Part shown: one piece after another, positions 43,496 to 52,589 of the stretch
Layout: every line of letters starts with the position of its first letter
How positions within the stretch are numbered: position 1 is the stretch's first letter
Source: an uncultured Acidobacteriota bacterium
GTDB taxonomy: Bacteria > Acidobacteriota > Vicinamibacteria > Fen-336
NCBI GenBank assembly: GCA_963720545.1
Contig: OY970399.1
Coordinates: 1,632,001 to 1,696,000, forward strand
DNA length: 64,000 nt
Direction of reading: 5' to 3'
Notes under the pieces: generated by a model
The model's input: the letters and a program-made list of their open reading frames with translations, nothing else
Databases searched by the model: none
What the model was told of the DNA's origin: nothing
Position numbers and translations under genes: made by a program

Positions 43496-44307
43496 CCCAA
43501 CGCAACGACCACGCCGCCGCCTTTCACGCGCTGCATCACGACGGCCTGCTGATCCTGCCCAACGCGTGGGATGCCGGCAGCGCGCGTCTCGTCGAGAGCC
43601 TCGGCGCACGCGCCATCGCAACGACCAGCGCGGGCGTCGCCTGGTCGCACGGCTACGCCGACGGCAACAACCTGCCGATCGAGCTGCTCACGATCACGGT
43701 GAAGACCATCGTGCGCGCGGTCAGCATCCCGGTGAGCGTCGATTTCGAGGGCGGCTACTCCGACGATCCGGCCGCGGTCGAGCGCAACATCGCGCCGATC
43801 CTCGACGCCGGCGGCGTCGGCATCAACATCGAAGACGGCCATGGCGACCCGTCGCTGCTCTGCGCCAAGATCGAAGCCGTGAAGCGCGCCGCATCACGCT
43901 CCGGCACTTCGTTGTTCGTGAACGCCCGCACCGACGTCTACCTTCGCGAGCTGGTTGGCGCCGAGCTGGCCCTCGAAGAAACGCTGGCGCGCGCGAAGCG
44001 CTACCAGGACGCCGGCGCCGACGGCCTGTTCGTCCCCTGGGTATACGACGACAACACCATTCGCCAGCTGGCCACGGGCACTCCCCTTCCCCTCAACGTC
44101 CTCGCGCGCACCGATCTTCCGGCCGCCGACAAGCTGCGCTCCCTCGGCGTGCGGCGCCTCAGTGCCGGCTCCGCCCTCGCGCGCCGTTCCTTCGACAACA
44201 CAGGCGCCCTCGCCACCCGCTTCCTCAAAACCGGCGAATCGGAAGGCATGGTCGACGGCCCCCTCACCCACGCCGTCATCAACACCCTGGGTTGGCCCCC
44301 GCCTTAG
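43492..44307 (+). CDS. Isocitrate lyase/PEP mutase family protein
   Basis: PNAWDAGSA, ATTSAG, DFEGGY, NIEDG, VNARTD. Confidence 0.88.
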   Translation: MTQRNDHAAAFHALHHDGLLILPNAWDAGSARLVESLGARAIATTSAGVAWSHGYADGNNLPIELLTITVKTIVRAVSIPVSVDFEGGYSDDPAAVERNIAPILDAGGVGINIEDGHGDPSLLCAKIEAVKRAASRSGTSLFVNARTDVYLRELVGAELALEETLARAKRYQDAGADGLFVPWVYDDNTIRQLATGTPLPLNVLARTDLPAADKLRSLGVRRLSAGSALARRSFDNTGALATRFLKTGESEGMVDGPLTHAVINTLGWPPP

Positions 44308-44417
44308 TCATCGACGGATTGCCGGTCGTTCGCATCCAATCCGTCGATTTCGTTCCTCCGTTCTTTTCCCAGGCGCTTGCGTCAACGTCCGTTCCCTTCC
44401 CGCCATTCCGATCTCCT

Positions 44418-44457
44418 GCTACTGCGTCCGGACGCAGTAGCTATGTCCGGACGCAGT
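44418..44457. repeat. Perfect 24-bp palindrome plus partial tandem copy
   Basis: GCTACTGCGTCCGGACGCAGTAGC (44418-44441); GTCCGGACGCAGT repeated at 44445-44457. Confidence 0.8.
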
Positions 44458-44519
44458 GGGATCCCTCGGTCGTGGCGCAAGCGCTGCGCTCCTCGGGAAA
44501 ACGGAACTGAGTAGCAGCC

Positions 44520-44694
44520 GCCGCAGGCGACTCGCGCGGAACTGAATCCCTCTCGATCCGACACGACTGAGCGCAGCGAAGGAGAGGCGGTCTTTGCGGA
44601 GGATTCGATTACGTCGGCGAGGAGCCGCAGGCGACTCGCGCGGAACTGAATCCCTCTCGATCCGACACGACTGAGCGCAGCGAAGGAGTGGCGG
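44520..44694. repeat. 71-bp direct repeat (period 104) of the tRNA-Ser 3' end and trailer
   Basis: 44520-44590 versus 44624-44694, one mismatch. Confidence 0.9.
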
Positions 44695-44778
44695 AGAGAG
44701 AGGGATTCGAACCCTCGGTAGAGTTACCCCTACACGTGATTTCCAGTCACGCCGATTCAGCCGCTCTCGCATCTCTCC
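44689..44778 (-). tRNA. tRNA-Ser(GGA)
   Basis: GGAGAGATG...GTGACTGGAAATCAC...long variable arm...GGTTCGAATCC...CCGCCA. Confidence 0.96.
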
Positions 44779-44861
44779 GCAAGCAGAAATGGCGCTGAAA
44801 CGAAGGGCGATTGTAACAGCCTGGCGGCGGACAGCTTTGTAATACACTCGAACGGAACACC

Positions 44862-45887
44862 ATGAGCACCATGAAGGCGGTCGGCTACATCGAAAGCCGG
44901 CCGATCAGCGACGAGCGCTCGCTGTTCGACTTCGAGGCGCCGAAGCCGATTCCCGGGCCGCGCGACGTGCTGGTGAAGATCGAGGCAATCTCGGTCAACC
45001 CCATCGACACCAAGGTGCGCAAGCGCAAGGCAGGGACCGCCGAGAGCCCGGTGATACTTGGCTGGGACGCGGCCGGCACCGTCGAGACGATCGGTGCCAA
45101 CGTCACCCGCTTCGCAATCGGCGACCACATTTACTACGCCGGCAACTCGCTGCGGCCGGGCAGCAACGCCGAGTACGGCCTGGTCGACGAGCGCATCGCC
45201 GGCCACATGCCGACGACCATCTCGTTCGCACACGCCGCGGCCCTGCCGCTGACCGCGTTGACCGCATGGGAGTGCCTGTTCGACCGCCTGCTGGTGCCGG
45301 CGCGCAAGACGCACAGCGGCGACGCCATCGTCATCATCGGCGCGGCCGGCGGCGTCGGCTCGATCGCCGTGCAGATCGCGCGGCGGCTCACCGGGCTCAC
45401 GGTGATCGGCACCGCGTCGCGTCCGGAATCGCGCGACTGGGTGCGGGCGCTCGGCGCCCACAAGGTCATCGACCACTCGAAGCCGCTCGCGGACGGCCTG
45501 GCGCGCGCCGGCCTCGGCGCGGCGCGCTACGTGCTGTCGCTCACCCACACCCACGAGCACTGGGACGAGATCGTCAAGATCCTGGCGCCGCAGGGCGACA
45601 TCTGCCTCATCGACGATCCGGCGGAGCCGCTCGACGTGATGAAGCTGAAGAGCAAGTCGGGCGCCTTGCACATAGAGCTGATGATGACGCGCTCCACCTT
45701 CCAGACGCCGGACATGGAACAGCAGGGATTCATCCTCGACGAGGTCGCGGCGATGGTCGACGAGGGGCTGTTGAAGACCACGTTCGGCGCGAACTTCGGC
45801 GTCGTCAACGCCGCTAACCTGCGGCGCGCGCATGCCGCGATCGAGTCGCACCGCACCGTCGGCAAGATCGTCCTGTGCGGCTTCTGA
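44862..45887 (+). CDS. Zinc-type alcohol dehydrogenase-like / quinone oxidoreductase (MDR family)
   Basis: SVNPIDTK, LGWDAAG, PLTALTAWE, GAAGGVGS, GKIVL. Confidence 0.9.
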   Translation: MSTMKAVGYIESRPISDERSLFDFEAPKPIPGPRDVLVKIEAISVNPIDTKVRKRKAGTAESPVILGWDAAGTVETIGANVTRFAIGDHIYYAGNSLRPGSNAEYGLVDERIAGHMPTTISFAHAAALPLTALTAWECLFDRLLVPARKTHSGDAIVIIGAAGGVGSIAVQIARRLTGLTVIGTASRPESRDWVRALGAHKVIDHSKPLADGLARAGLGAARYVLSLTHTHEHWDEIVKILAPQGDICLIDDPAEPLDVMKLKSKSGALHIELMMTRSTFQTPDMEQQGFILDEVAAMVDEGLLKTTFGANFGVVNAANLRRAHAAIESHRTVGKIVLCGF

Positions 45888-46405
45888 TCCTCGCGGGCGT
45901 GCTCGCTGCAAGCATTGCATGCCGCACCGGAGAGGCGCCGCCGCCGGCCGCGCAAGCTTCGGCTGCGCCCAGCGCCCCCGCCTGGACGGTGACCGACGCC
46001 GGCGTCGGGCCGGTGGCGATCGGGATGACCGACATCGAGCTGCGCACCGCAACCGTCGATCGCGTGGAGAAGCCCGACCTCGAGGCCGGCTGTTCGATGG
46101 TGCGGCTCCTCGATGCGCCGGGCGACGTGCTTGCGATGGTCGCCGATCAGCATGTGGCGCGCATCGACGTACTCACCCCTGGCGTGCGCACCGTGGAAAA
46201 CATCGGCATCGGCGACAGCGAGGCGCAGGTCCGGGCGGCCTACACAAAGGTTGCGGTGCAGCCGCACAAGTACACCGACGGGCACTATCTCAGCGTACAG
46301 CGACCGAACAAGCTCCGGCTGGTGTTCGAGACCGACGGCAATGTGGTGACCCGCTACCGCTTCGGCGCGGTGCCCCAGGTGGATTGGGTCGAGGGCTGTT
46401 CCTGA
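45875..46405 (+). CDS. Putative lipoprotein
   Basis: Signal peptide ending IAC; GVGPVAIGMT and GIGDSE..V..AY; C-terminal EGCS. Confidence 0.7.
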   Translation: MRLLILAGVLAASIACRTGEAPPPAAQASAAPSAPAWTVTDAGVGPVAIGMTDIELRTATVDRVEKPDLEAGCSMVRLLDAPGDVLAMVADQHVARIDVLTPGVRTVENIGIGDSEAQVRAAYTKVAVQPHKYTDGHYLSVQRPNKLRLVFETDGNVVTRYRFGAVPQVDWVEGCS

Positions 46406-46454
46406 AAAAGGAACTGAGCTCCTCCCCGCCCCCCGGCAGGAAGGAGCTCAGTTC
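46406..46454. terminator. Hairpin between convergent genes (probable terminator)
   Basis: GAACTGAGCTCCT / AGGAGCTCAGTTC 13-bp inverted repeat, A-tract on the left. Confidence 0.7.
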
Positions 46455-46502
46455 ACAGGGGCTGCCACGCGCGCGGGGCAGCTTGTGACAACGTCCGAGC
46501 AG

Positions 46503-47045
46503 CTAGCTTTTCGAGTCTGCGATCGTTACTTCGCTCGACACGCGCTTCACGCCCTTGACTGCACGCGCCGCCTCGATCGCGTAGAGGTGCGCATCGACGC
46601 TCTTCGCGCTGCCCTTCAGCAGCACCACGCCGTCGTTGACCGAAGCCACCGAGACGCCGCTGTCGGCGAGCTTCTTGTCGGTCTTCCAGGCGCGCTCGAG
46701 GCCCGACTTCAGCGCGTCGTCATTGGCCTCCACGGCATTGCTCTCCGCCTGCGCCACCACCTGCAGCAGGTTCTTGACGCTGGCCACGCCCTCGATGCCC
46801 TTCGCGACTTCCTCGGCCTTCGCCTTCTCCGCGTCGGTCGGCACTTTGCCGTGCAGCGTGACGACGCCGTTCACGGTGTCGACGTTGAGCCCGAACGCGC
46901 GCACGCCGTCGGTCGTCATCAGGGCGATCTTCGTCTTGGTGGTGAGCCACGCGTCCTTCGCCGTGTCGGCGAGAACCGCGGTCGCGGCGCCGGCGCTGAG
47001 AGCGAGCGCCAGGAAGGATGCGGCAAATGCCTTGTGAATCTTCAT
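46503..47045 (-). CDS. OsmY-like dual BON domain periplasmic protein
   Basis: DAWLTTKTK, VDTVNGVVTLHG, GVASVKNLL; second BON repeat. Confidence 0.88.
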   Translation of the reverse strand: MKIHKAFAASFLALALSAGAATAVLADTAKDAWLTTKTKIALMTTDGVRAFGLNVDTVNGVVTLHGKVPTDAEKAKAEEVAKGIEGVASVKNLLQVVAQAESNAVEANDDALKSGLERAWKTDKKLADSGVSVASVNDGVVLLKGSAKSVDAHLYAIEAARAVKGVKRVSSEVTIADSKS

Positions 47046-47276
47046 GAATGAGTCTCCTTAAGAATCTGCACGTCGGAAAACCTCTTCAATAGCAAGATCC
47101 AGTCCCGGGCATACCGTTTCGTAAGTTGCTTCGCTTCAGCACTTAAACCCAGCCGCTGGCCAGCCTGGGCCTCCGGCTTCGGCGGCCCTTTCTACATTCG
47201 TCCCGAGCAGCCACGCGGCTATCTTCTTTGAAGCACGCGACTTGCGGCTGGTCCCGATGTTGCTTCGTCAGTGAGC

Positions 47277-47441
47277 ATGGCGATTCGTTCGCAAGCCGGA
47301 ACGCCCGTACCCGGTCGGCCGCCGGGAGATCCTCTGCCAGGACCCGACCGGCCGGTTCCGCCGTTGCCGCCCGACGAGCCGACGCCGCCGCCGGTCGACG
47401 ATCCACCGGCCGAACCGAAGCCGCCGTACACCGTCCGTTGA
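47277..47441 (+). CDS. Small proline-rich protein (54 aa)
   Basis: ATG 47277 to TGA 47441; 21 Pro; directly upstream of csbD. Confidence 0.5.
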   Translation: MAIRSQAGTPVPGRPPGDPLPGPDRPVPPLPPDEPTPPPVDDPPAEPKPPYTVR

Positions 47442-47470
47442 ATGAACAAATTGATGATGAGGAGGCAATC

Positions 47471-47722
47471 ATGAACAAGGAAACTCTCGCCGGACAGTGG
47501 CGGCAGCTGAAGGGTGAAGCCAAGGCCAAGTGGGCGAAGCTCACCGACGACGACATCAGCCGCATCGGCGGCAACTACGACAAGCTGGTCGGCAGCCTGC
47601 AGGAGCGCTACGGCTACATGAAGGAAGACGCGATGAATGCGATCGACGAGTGGAGCGACCGCAAGTCCGACTCGATCGCCGGCGACGACACGCAGCCGCT
47701 GCCGCGCAAGAAGCCGGCCTAA
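47471..47722 (+). CDS. csbD: CsbD family stress protein
   Basis: GQWRQLKGEAKAKWAKLTDDD, GSLQERYG; GAGGAGG RBS. Confidence 0.9.
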   Translation: MNKETLAGQWRQLKGEAKAKWAKLTDDDISRIGGNYDKLVGSLQERYGYMKEDAMNAIDEWSDRKSDSIAGDDTQPLPRKKPA

Positions 47723-47778
47723 GCCCTTCCCACCCTGCACCTTGCTCTGACGGCGCTTAGATGATGTGATCGGTAGCC

Positions 47779-49056
47779 GTGCCTACCGACACCCAACGCG
47801 CCATCGATGCCGTCTGGCGCATCGAAGCGCCGAAGTTGATCGGCGGGCTCACCCGCATCGTTCGCGACGTGGGCCTGGCCGAGGACCTGGCACAGGACGC
47901 TCTGGTCGCTGCGCTACAACAGTGGCCGGACGACGGCATCCCGCGCAACCCGGGCGCCTGGCTCATGGCCGCGGCCAAGAACCGCGCCATCGATCATTTC
48001 CGCCGCGACAAGCTGCTGGCGCGCAAGCACGAGGAGCTGGGGCACGCGGGAGTGCCAGCGGCTGCATCATCTGGCCGGCCCGCGGCCGCGGACATCGAGG
48101 CGGCACTCGACGATCCCGTGGGCGACGACGTCCTTCGGCTGATGTTCATCGCCTGCCATCCAGTGCTGCCCATGGAAGCGCGCGTCGCGCTCACCCTGCG
48201 CCTCGTCGGCGGCCTCACCACCGCGGAGATCGCGCGCGCCTTCCTTTCGTCGGAACCGACGATCGCGCAGCGCATCGTCCGCGCCAAGCGCACGCTCGCC
48301 GAAAAACAGGTGCCGTTCGAGACGCCGCAGGGCGAGGAGCTGAAGGGCCGCATCGACGCGGTGCTGGGCGTCGTCTACCTCGTCTTCAACGAAGGCTATG
48401 CCGCGACGGCGGGCGACGAGTGGATGCGCCAGCCGCTCTGCGACGACGCGTTGCGCCTGGGGCGCATCCTGGCGGAACTCGTGCCCAATGAGTCTGAGGT
48501 GCTGGGCCTCGTGGCGCTGATGGAGATCCAGTCGTCGCGGGCCCGGGCGCGCGTCTCACCCACCGGCGAACCCATATTGCTGCTCGACCAGAACCGCGGC
48601 CAGTGGGATCAGCTTCTCATTCACCGCGGCCTCACCGCGCTCGACCGCGCGCTGCGCCTCGCAGGCAACACGCCTGGTTCGTACACGCTGCAGGCCGCCA
48701 TCGCCGCATGCCACGCGCGCGCGACGACGGCGGCCGAAACCGACTGGAGCCGAATCGCGGCACTCTACGCTCAGCTCGCGCAAATAGCGCCGTCGCCAGT
48801 GGTCCACCTCAACCGCGCGGTGGCGGTGAGCATGGCGGACGGTCCGCAAGCCGGGCTCGACATCGTCGAGGAATTGCTCGCCGAGCCGGCGCTGCGCGGT
48901 TATCACCTGCTGCCCACCGTCCGCGGTGACCTGCTGTCGAAGCTGGGGCGCTTCGCGGAAGCACGGCCGGAGTTCGAGAAAGCCGCGTCGCTGACGCGCA
49001 ACGCGCGCGAGCGTGCGGTGTTGCTGGAGCGGGCACGTGGCTGCGCCAGATCGTGA
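47779..49056 (+). CDS. ECF sigma factor with C-terminal TPR-like extension (ECF42-like)
   Basis: AEDLAQDA, LRLMFIACHP, LVFNEGY, SPVVHLNRAVA. Confidence 0.88.
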   Translation: MPTDTQRAIDAVWRIEAPKLIGGLTRIVRDVGLAEDLAQDALVAALQQWPDDGIPRNPGAWLMAAAKNRAIDHFRRDKLLARKHEELGHAGVPAAASSGRPAAADIEAALDDPVGDDVLRLMFIACHPVLPMEARVALTLRLVGGLTTAEIARAFLSSEPTIAQRIVRAKRTLAEKQVPFETPQGEELKGRIDAVLGVVYLVFNEGYAATAGDEWMRQPLCDDALRLGRILAELVPNESEVLGLVALMEIQSSRARARVSPTGEPILLLDQNRGQWDQLLIHRGLTALDRALRLAGNTPGSYTLQAAIAACHARATTAAETDWSRIAALYAQLAQIAPSPVVHLNRAVAVSMADGPQAGLDIVEELLAEPALRGYHLLPTVRGDLLSKLGRFAEARPEFEKAASLTRNARERAVLLERARGCARS

Positions 49057-49159
49057 AGCTCGACGTCAAGACGCTGGAAAAGGCCGATAAAGCCGCGTAG
49101 CACAGCGATTTTTCGCGAAGACAAAGTCGGGAGTCCCGGAGTTAAGATCGTGAAACTCC

Positions 49160-49540
49160 ATGGACCTGGCGTACCTTAGATTCTGCGGCACGCCCGCGTT
49201 CGGGCGAGACGGGCTACGCCGTGCGCTCGACGCTCCAGCCGTAAATCCAGCACCGCTGTTCGCGATTCCGGCGTTCCCCGCGATGGTCCTCGAACGGGCT
49301 GGCCTCGACCCCCGCTGCTACCGCGACGTGCCGCTGGCGCGCCGCACCGCCGCTTGTGTGCGCGCGCTGCGCGCGCCTTCTGTCGGCGCGGCCGGAGAGC
49401 GCCGCGCGGCCGAGATTCTCACGCGCATCTCGTCGCAGCTGGCGCCGCGGGGACTGCTGGTCGTCGGCAAGGCGGAGCGCCCGCCGGCGGCGCTGCCGCT
49501 GCGCAGCCTTGCCCGCTGCATCTACCAGACCCATGGTTAG
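49160..49540 (+). pseudogene. Internally deleted CheR-like methyltransferase
   Basis: CheR N-domain-like GLDPRCYR..LARR joined directly to C-terminal LAPRGLLVVGKAE. Confidence 0.55.
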
Positions 49541-51539
49541 GCCGCGCCTGGCGCTGCCGCGCCGCCCCTCGCGCGTGCTCGGCGCCGCCATCAGCATGGC
49601 GCTGGTGCTCGTGTGGGCCTACGTGCGCCTGGTGTTGTTCGAAACCACGATGTTCCCGCTCACCTACGCGATCCCGCTGCTCTTCTGCGTCTGGACCTGC
49701 GACCGCATCGCCCTCTGGCTGATGACGGCGAGCTTCGTGGCTATGCACGCCGCGAAGGTGTTCTGGGTGATGCCGCCAAGCGCGGTGCCGGCCGGCGATC
49801 CCTGGGTCAACTTCATCGCCACCGCGCTCAACATCGTCGCCTCCGCCGCTGCGGTGCACGCGATCATCGCGCTGCGGGAGCGGCTGGAGACTGCAGTGCA
49901 CGAGGTGACGTCGCAAGGCGAGGAACTGGAGCAGCAGAACGAGGAGCTGCAGTCGCAGTCGGAGGAGATCGGCGCGCTCAACACGGCGCTCGAGCGCCGC
50001 GAGCTGCTGCTCGAGACGCTGCTCGACACGGCGCGGCTGTCAGGCAGCGAACAGGCAGCGGTGCAGCACATTGCCGCGGCCGCGCTCGACCTGTTCGGCG
50101 ACCTCGCCGGCGGGGCCGCGGTGTACGAGAACAACGGCGACACCCTGCGCTGCCACACATCGACGAGCGAGCTCGCCGCCGACGCGCAGGACGGCTTCGC
50201 GGCGGTCGTCCTGCAACAAAACCGCGCCGCCGCCCTCAACGACGTCTCGCTGCGCCCCGACCTCGCGTTCCCTGCCGCCGCGGGACAGCCGCCGGTGCGT
50301 TCGGCCCTGTGCGCCCCGATCGCCTTCGACAACCAGGTCGCCGGAGTGTTCTCGATCTACGGCACGCGCGTGCACGACTGGAGCGACGAGGAATTCCGCC
50401 TCGCGATGTGGCTGGCCGACCAGAGCGCGCGCGCCCTGCACGCCATCCGCGTCCAGGCAGGCCTGCGCGATGCCGATCACCGCAAGGGCGAGTTCCTGGC
50501 GACGCTGTCGCACGAGCTGCGCAACCCGCTGGCGCCCATCCGCTACGCGGTGGAGCTGATCGAACAGGGGCCGGCGCAGCAGGGCACCGCCGTGCGCATC
50601 ATGCGCCGCCAGCTGCAACAGCTGGTCCGTCTGGTCGACGACCTCCTGGACGCGACCCGCGTATCGCGCAACAAAGTGCAGGTGCGCAAGAGCCGCGCCG
50701 ATTTCGGCGCGGTCGTACAGCACGCGATCGACGCGTCGCGCGCCGACATCGAGCTTGCCGGCCACGTTCTCGACGTGGACATGCCGCGGCAACCGGTCTG
50801 GCTCGAAGCCGACCCGGAACGCCTGGCGCAGGTGGTCGCGAATTTGCTCAACAACGCCACGCGCTACACACCCCGAGGCGGCCGGGTGGGCGTCAGTGTC
50901 GAAGCACTGCCCGGCGAGGTGCGGCTGCGGGTCACCGACACCGGTGTCGGCATCGAGCCCAGGAACCTCAGTCGCATCTTCGAGATGTTCACGCAGGTGG
51001 GCGGACCAGGCAGCGGCGGGCTCGGCATCGGCCTCGCGATCGTGCGCGGCATCATCGACCTGCACGGCGGCACGGTCGAGGCGCACAGCGAGGGAGTCGG
51101 CCACGGCAGCCAGTTCGTGGTGACGCTGCCGCGCTCGGCCACGGCAGCGGAAGCCGGCGGCACCGCCACCACCAGGATCGTTGCGCCTGTGGCGCGCCGC
51201 GTGCTGGTCGTGGACGACAACACCGACGCCGCCGCGATGCTCGGCGCCTTCCTCGAGCTGCATGGGCACACCGTGTTGATCGCGCACGACGCGCGAGCAG
51301 CGCTGACGGCGGCGGGAGAGGCGGTGCCCGACGTCGCCCTCCTCGACATCGGCCTGCCGGGCATGGACGGCTACGAGCTTGCGCGGCGCCTGCGCGAGGG
51401 CGACGCGACGCGCCACGTGCGCCTCGTCGCGCTCACCGGCTGGGGTCAGGACGGCGACCGCGCCCGCGCCCGCGAGGCCGGGTTCGACGCGCACCTCACC
51501 AAGCCCGCCGAACCGCACATGATCCTGGGCGTGCTCTAG
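49533..51539 (+). CDS. Hybrid sensor histidine kinase (TM, coiled coil, GAF, HisKA, HATPase, REC)
   Basis: LSHELRNPL, NLLNNA, DTGVGI, GLGIGL, VLVVDD, LLDIGLP, TKP. Confidence 0.92.
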   Translation: MVRPRLALPRRPSRVLGAAISMALVLVWAYVRLVLFETTMFPLTYAIPLLFCVWTCDRIALWLMTASFVAMHAAKVFWVMPPSAVPAGDPWVNFIATALNIVASAAAVHAIIALRERLETAVHEVTSQGEELEQQNEELQSQSEEIGALNTALERRELLLETLLDTARLSGSEQAAVQHIAAAALDLFGDLAGGAAVYENNGDTLRCHTSTSELAADAQDGFAAVVLQQNRAAALNDVSLRPDLAFPAAAGQPPVRSALCAPIAFDNQVAGVFSIYGTRVHDWSDEEFRLAMWLADQSARALHAIRVQAGLRDADHRKGEFLATLSHELRNPLAPIRYAVELIEQGPAQQGTAVRIMRRQLQQLVRLVDDLLDATRVSRNKVQVRKSRADFGAVVQHAIDASRADIELAGHVLDVDMPRQPVWLEADPERLAQVVANLLNNATRYTPRGGRVGVSVEALPGEVRLRVTDTGVGIEPRNLSRIFEMFTQVGGPGSGGLGIGLAIVRGIIDLHGGTVEAHSEGVGHGSQFVVTLPRSATAAEAGGTATTRIVAPVARRVLVVDDNTDAAAMLGAFLELHGHTVLIAHDARAALTAAGEAVPDVALLDIGLPGMDGYELARRLREGDATRHVRLVALTGWGQDGDRARAREAGFDAHLTKPAEPHMILGVL

Positions 51540-51541
51540 GT

Positions 51542-52477
51542 CTACGCCGCCCGCAGCCCGTCGGCTGCCGCCGCCATCGCACGAATGCCTTCGTGGTAGC
51601 TGCGGAACCGCGGCTGCCAGCCCAGTTCGCGCTTCGCCGTGGCGTTGCTGACGCGCATCGACGTGCCGACGGCGACGCGCGCGGCGTAGGGAGCCGCAAT
51701 CCGGAGCAGCCAGCGCGGCAGCACTCGCGGCCGCGGCGCGCCGAATGCCTCGGCCATCGCGGTGAACACCTCACGCCAGGTGGCGGGCTGGTCGTCGACG
51801 ATGTTGTAGGCACGCGAGGCGCGGCCCCGCTCGAGCGCGGCGACGGTGGCCATGACCGCGTCCTCGTGGTGCACCCAGCCGAGCAGGCCGCCCGCAACAA
51901 CCGGCAGGCGCCGCCGCTTGAGCATCGGCTGCATCAGTTCGCTGTCGCCGCCGTAGAAGAGCCCGTAGCGCAGCGCAATGCCTTCGGGCATGCTCATCGC
52001 CTGCCGCTCCGCCGCGAGCATCGCCGCCATGTGGGCGTCGAACGCGTCACCCGCGGGCATGCCGAACGGCACCTCCTCGGTGAGCAGCGAGGTGCCGTGA
52101 TCGTAGTAGCCGTAGCCGAAGACGATCGACTGCGTCACGAACCGCTTCGCCCCGAGCGCGTGCGCCGCCGCCACCAGGTTCGCCGAGCCCTCGATGCGCA
52201 GCCGGTTGGTCATCGCCATGCCGCTGTGGTGATACGGCGGCTTCTTGAGGGCGGTCAGCTCGTCGACGATGGCATCGGCGGCGCGTCCGCGAACCGCGCG
52301 CAACAAGGAGTCGCGATCGAGCGCATCGGCGACGAGCGGCGTGGCGCCGATGGCCTCAAGCGATGCAGCGCCGGCGGGGTTGCGCGCGAGACCAAGAACC
52401 TCGTGCCCGCGCTGGATCAGCATGCGCGTCAGGGGTACCCCGATGGCGCCGGTGGCACCCGCCAGGAGCACTTTCAA
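51542..52477 (-). CDS. NAD-dependent epimerase/dehydratase family protein
   Basis: TTG start with AGGAGG; LAGATGAIG, LRYGLFYG, ELGWQP. Confidence 0.85.
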   Translation of the reverse strand: MKVLLAGATGAIGVPLTRMLIQRGHEVLGLARNPAGAASLEAIGATPLVADALDRDSLLRAVRGRAADAIVDELTALKKPPYHHSGMAMTNRLRIEGSANLVAAAHALGAKRFVTQSIVFGYGYYDHGTSLLTEEVPFGMPAGDAFDAHMAAMLAAERQAMSMPEGIALRYGLFYGGDSELMQPMLKRRRLPVVAGGLLGWVHHEDAVMATVAALERGRASRAYNIVDDQPATWREVFTAMAEAFGAPRPRVLPRWLLRIAAPYAARVAVGTSMRVSNATAKRELGWQPRFRSYHEGIRAMAAAADGLRAA

Positions 52478-52589
52478 ACAACCCTCCTGTTTCCAAAGAT
52501 AGGTCGATTTCACGGGGTTGATGAAAAAGATCGTTGCTACGCCCAGGGCGCGCCAGCGGCCGGCACCGCGCGCTAAGGTAGGAGTGGTC

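Noticed and set aside
44520..44694. CRISPR array
   Set aside because: Only two 71-bp units tied to a tRNA end; no cas genes and no repeat-spacer series
49066..49090. Sigma28-like GCCGATAA upstream of the CheR-like ORF
   Set aside because: The -35 candidate (TCAA) is 13 rather than 15 nt away, and the motif fits the coding remnant KLDVKTLEKADK
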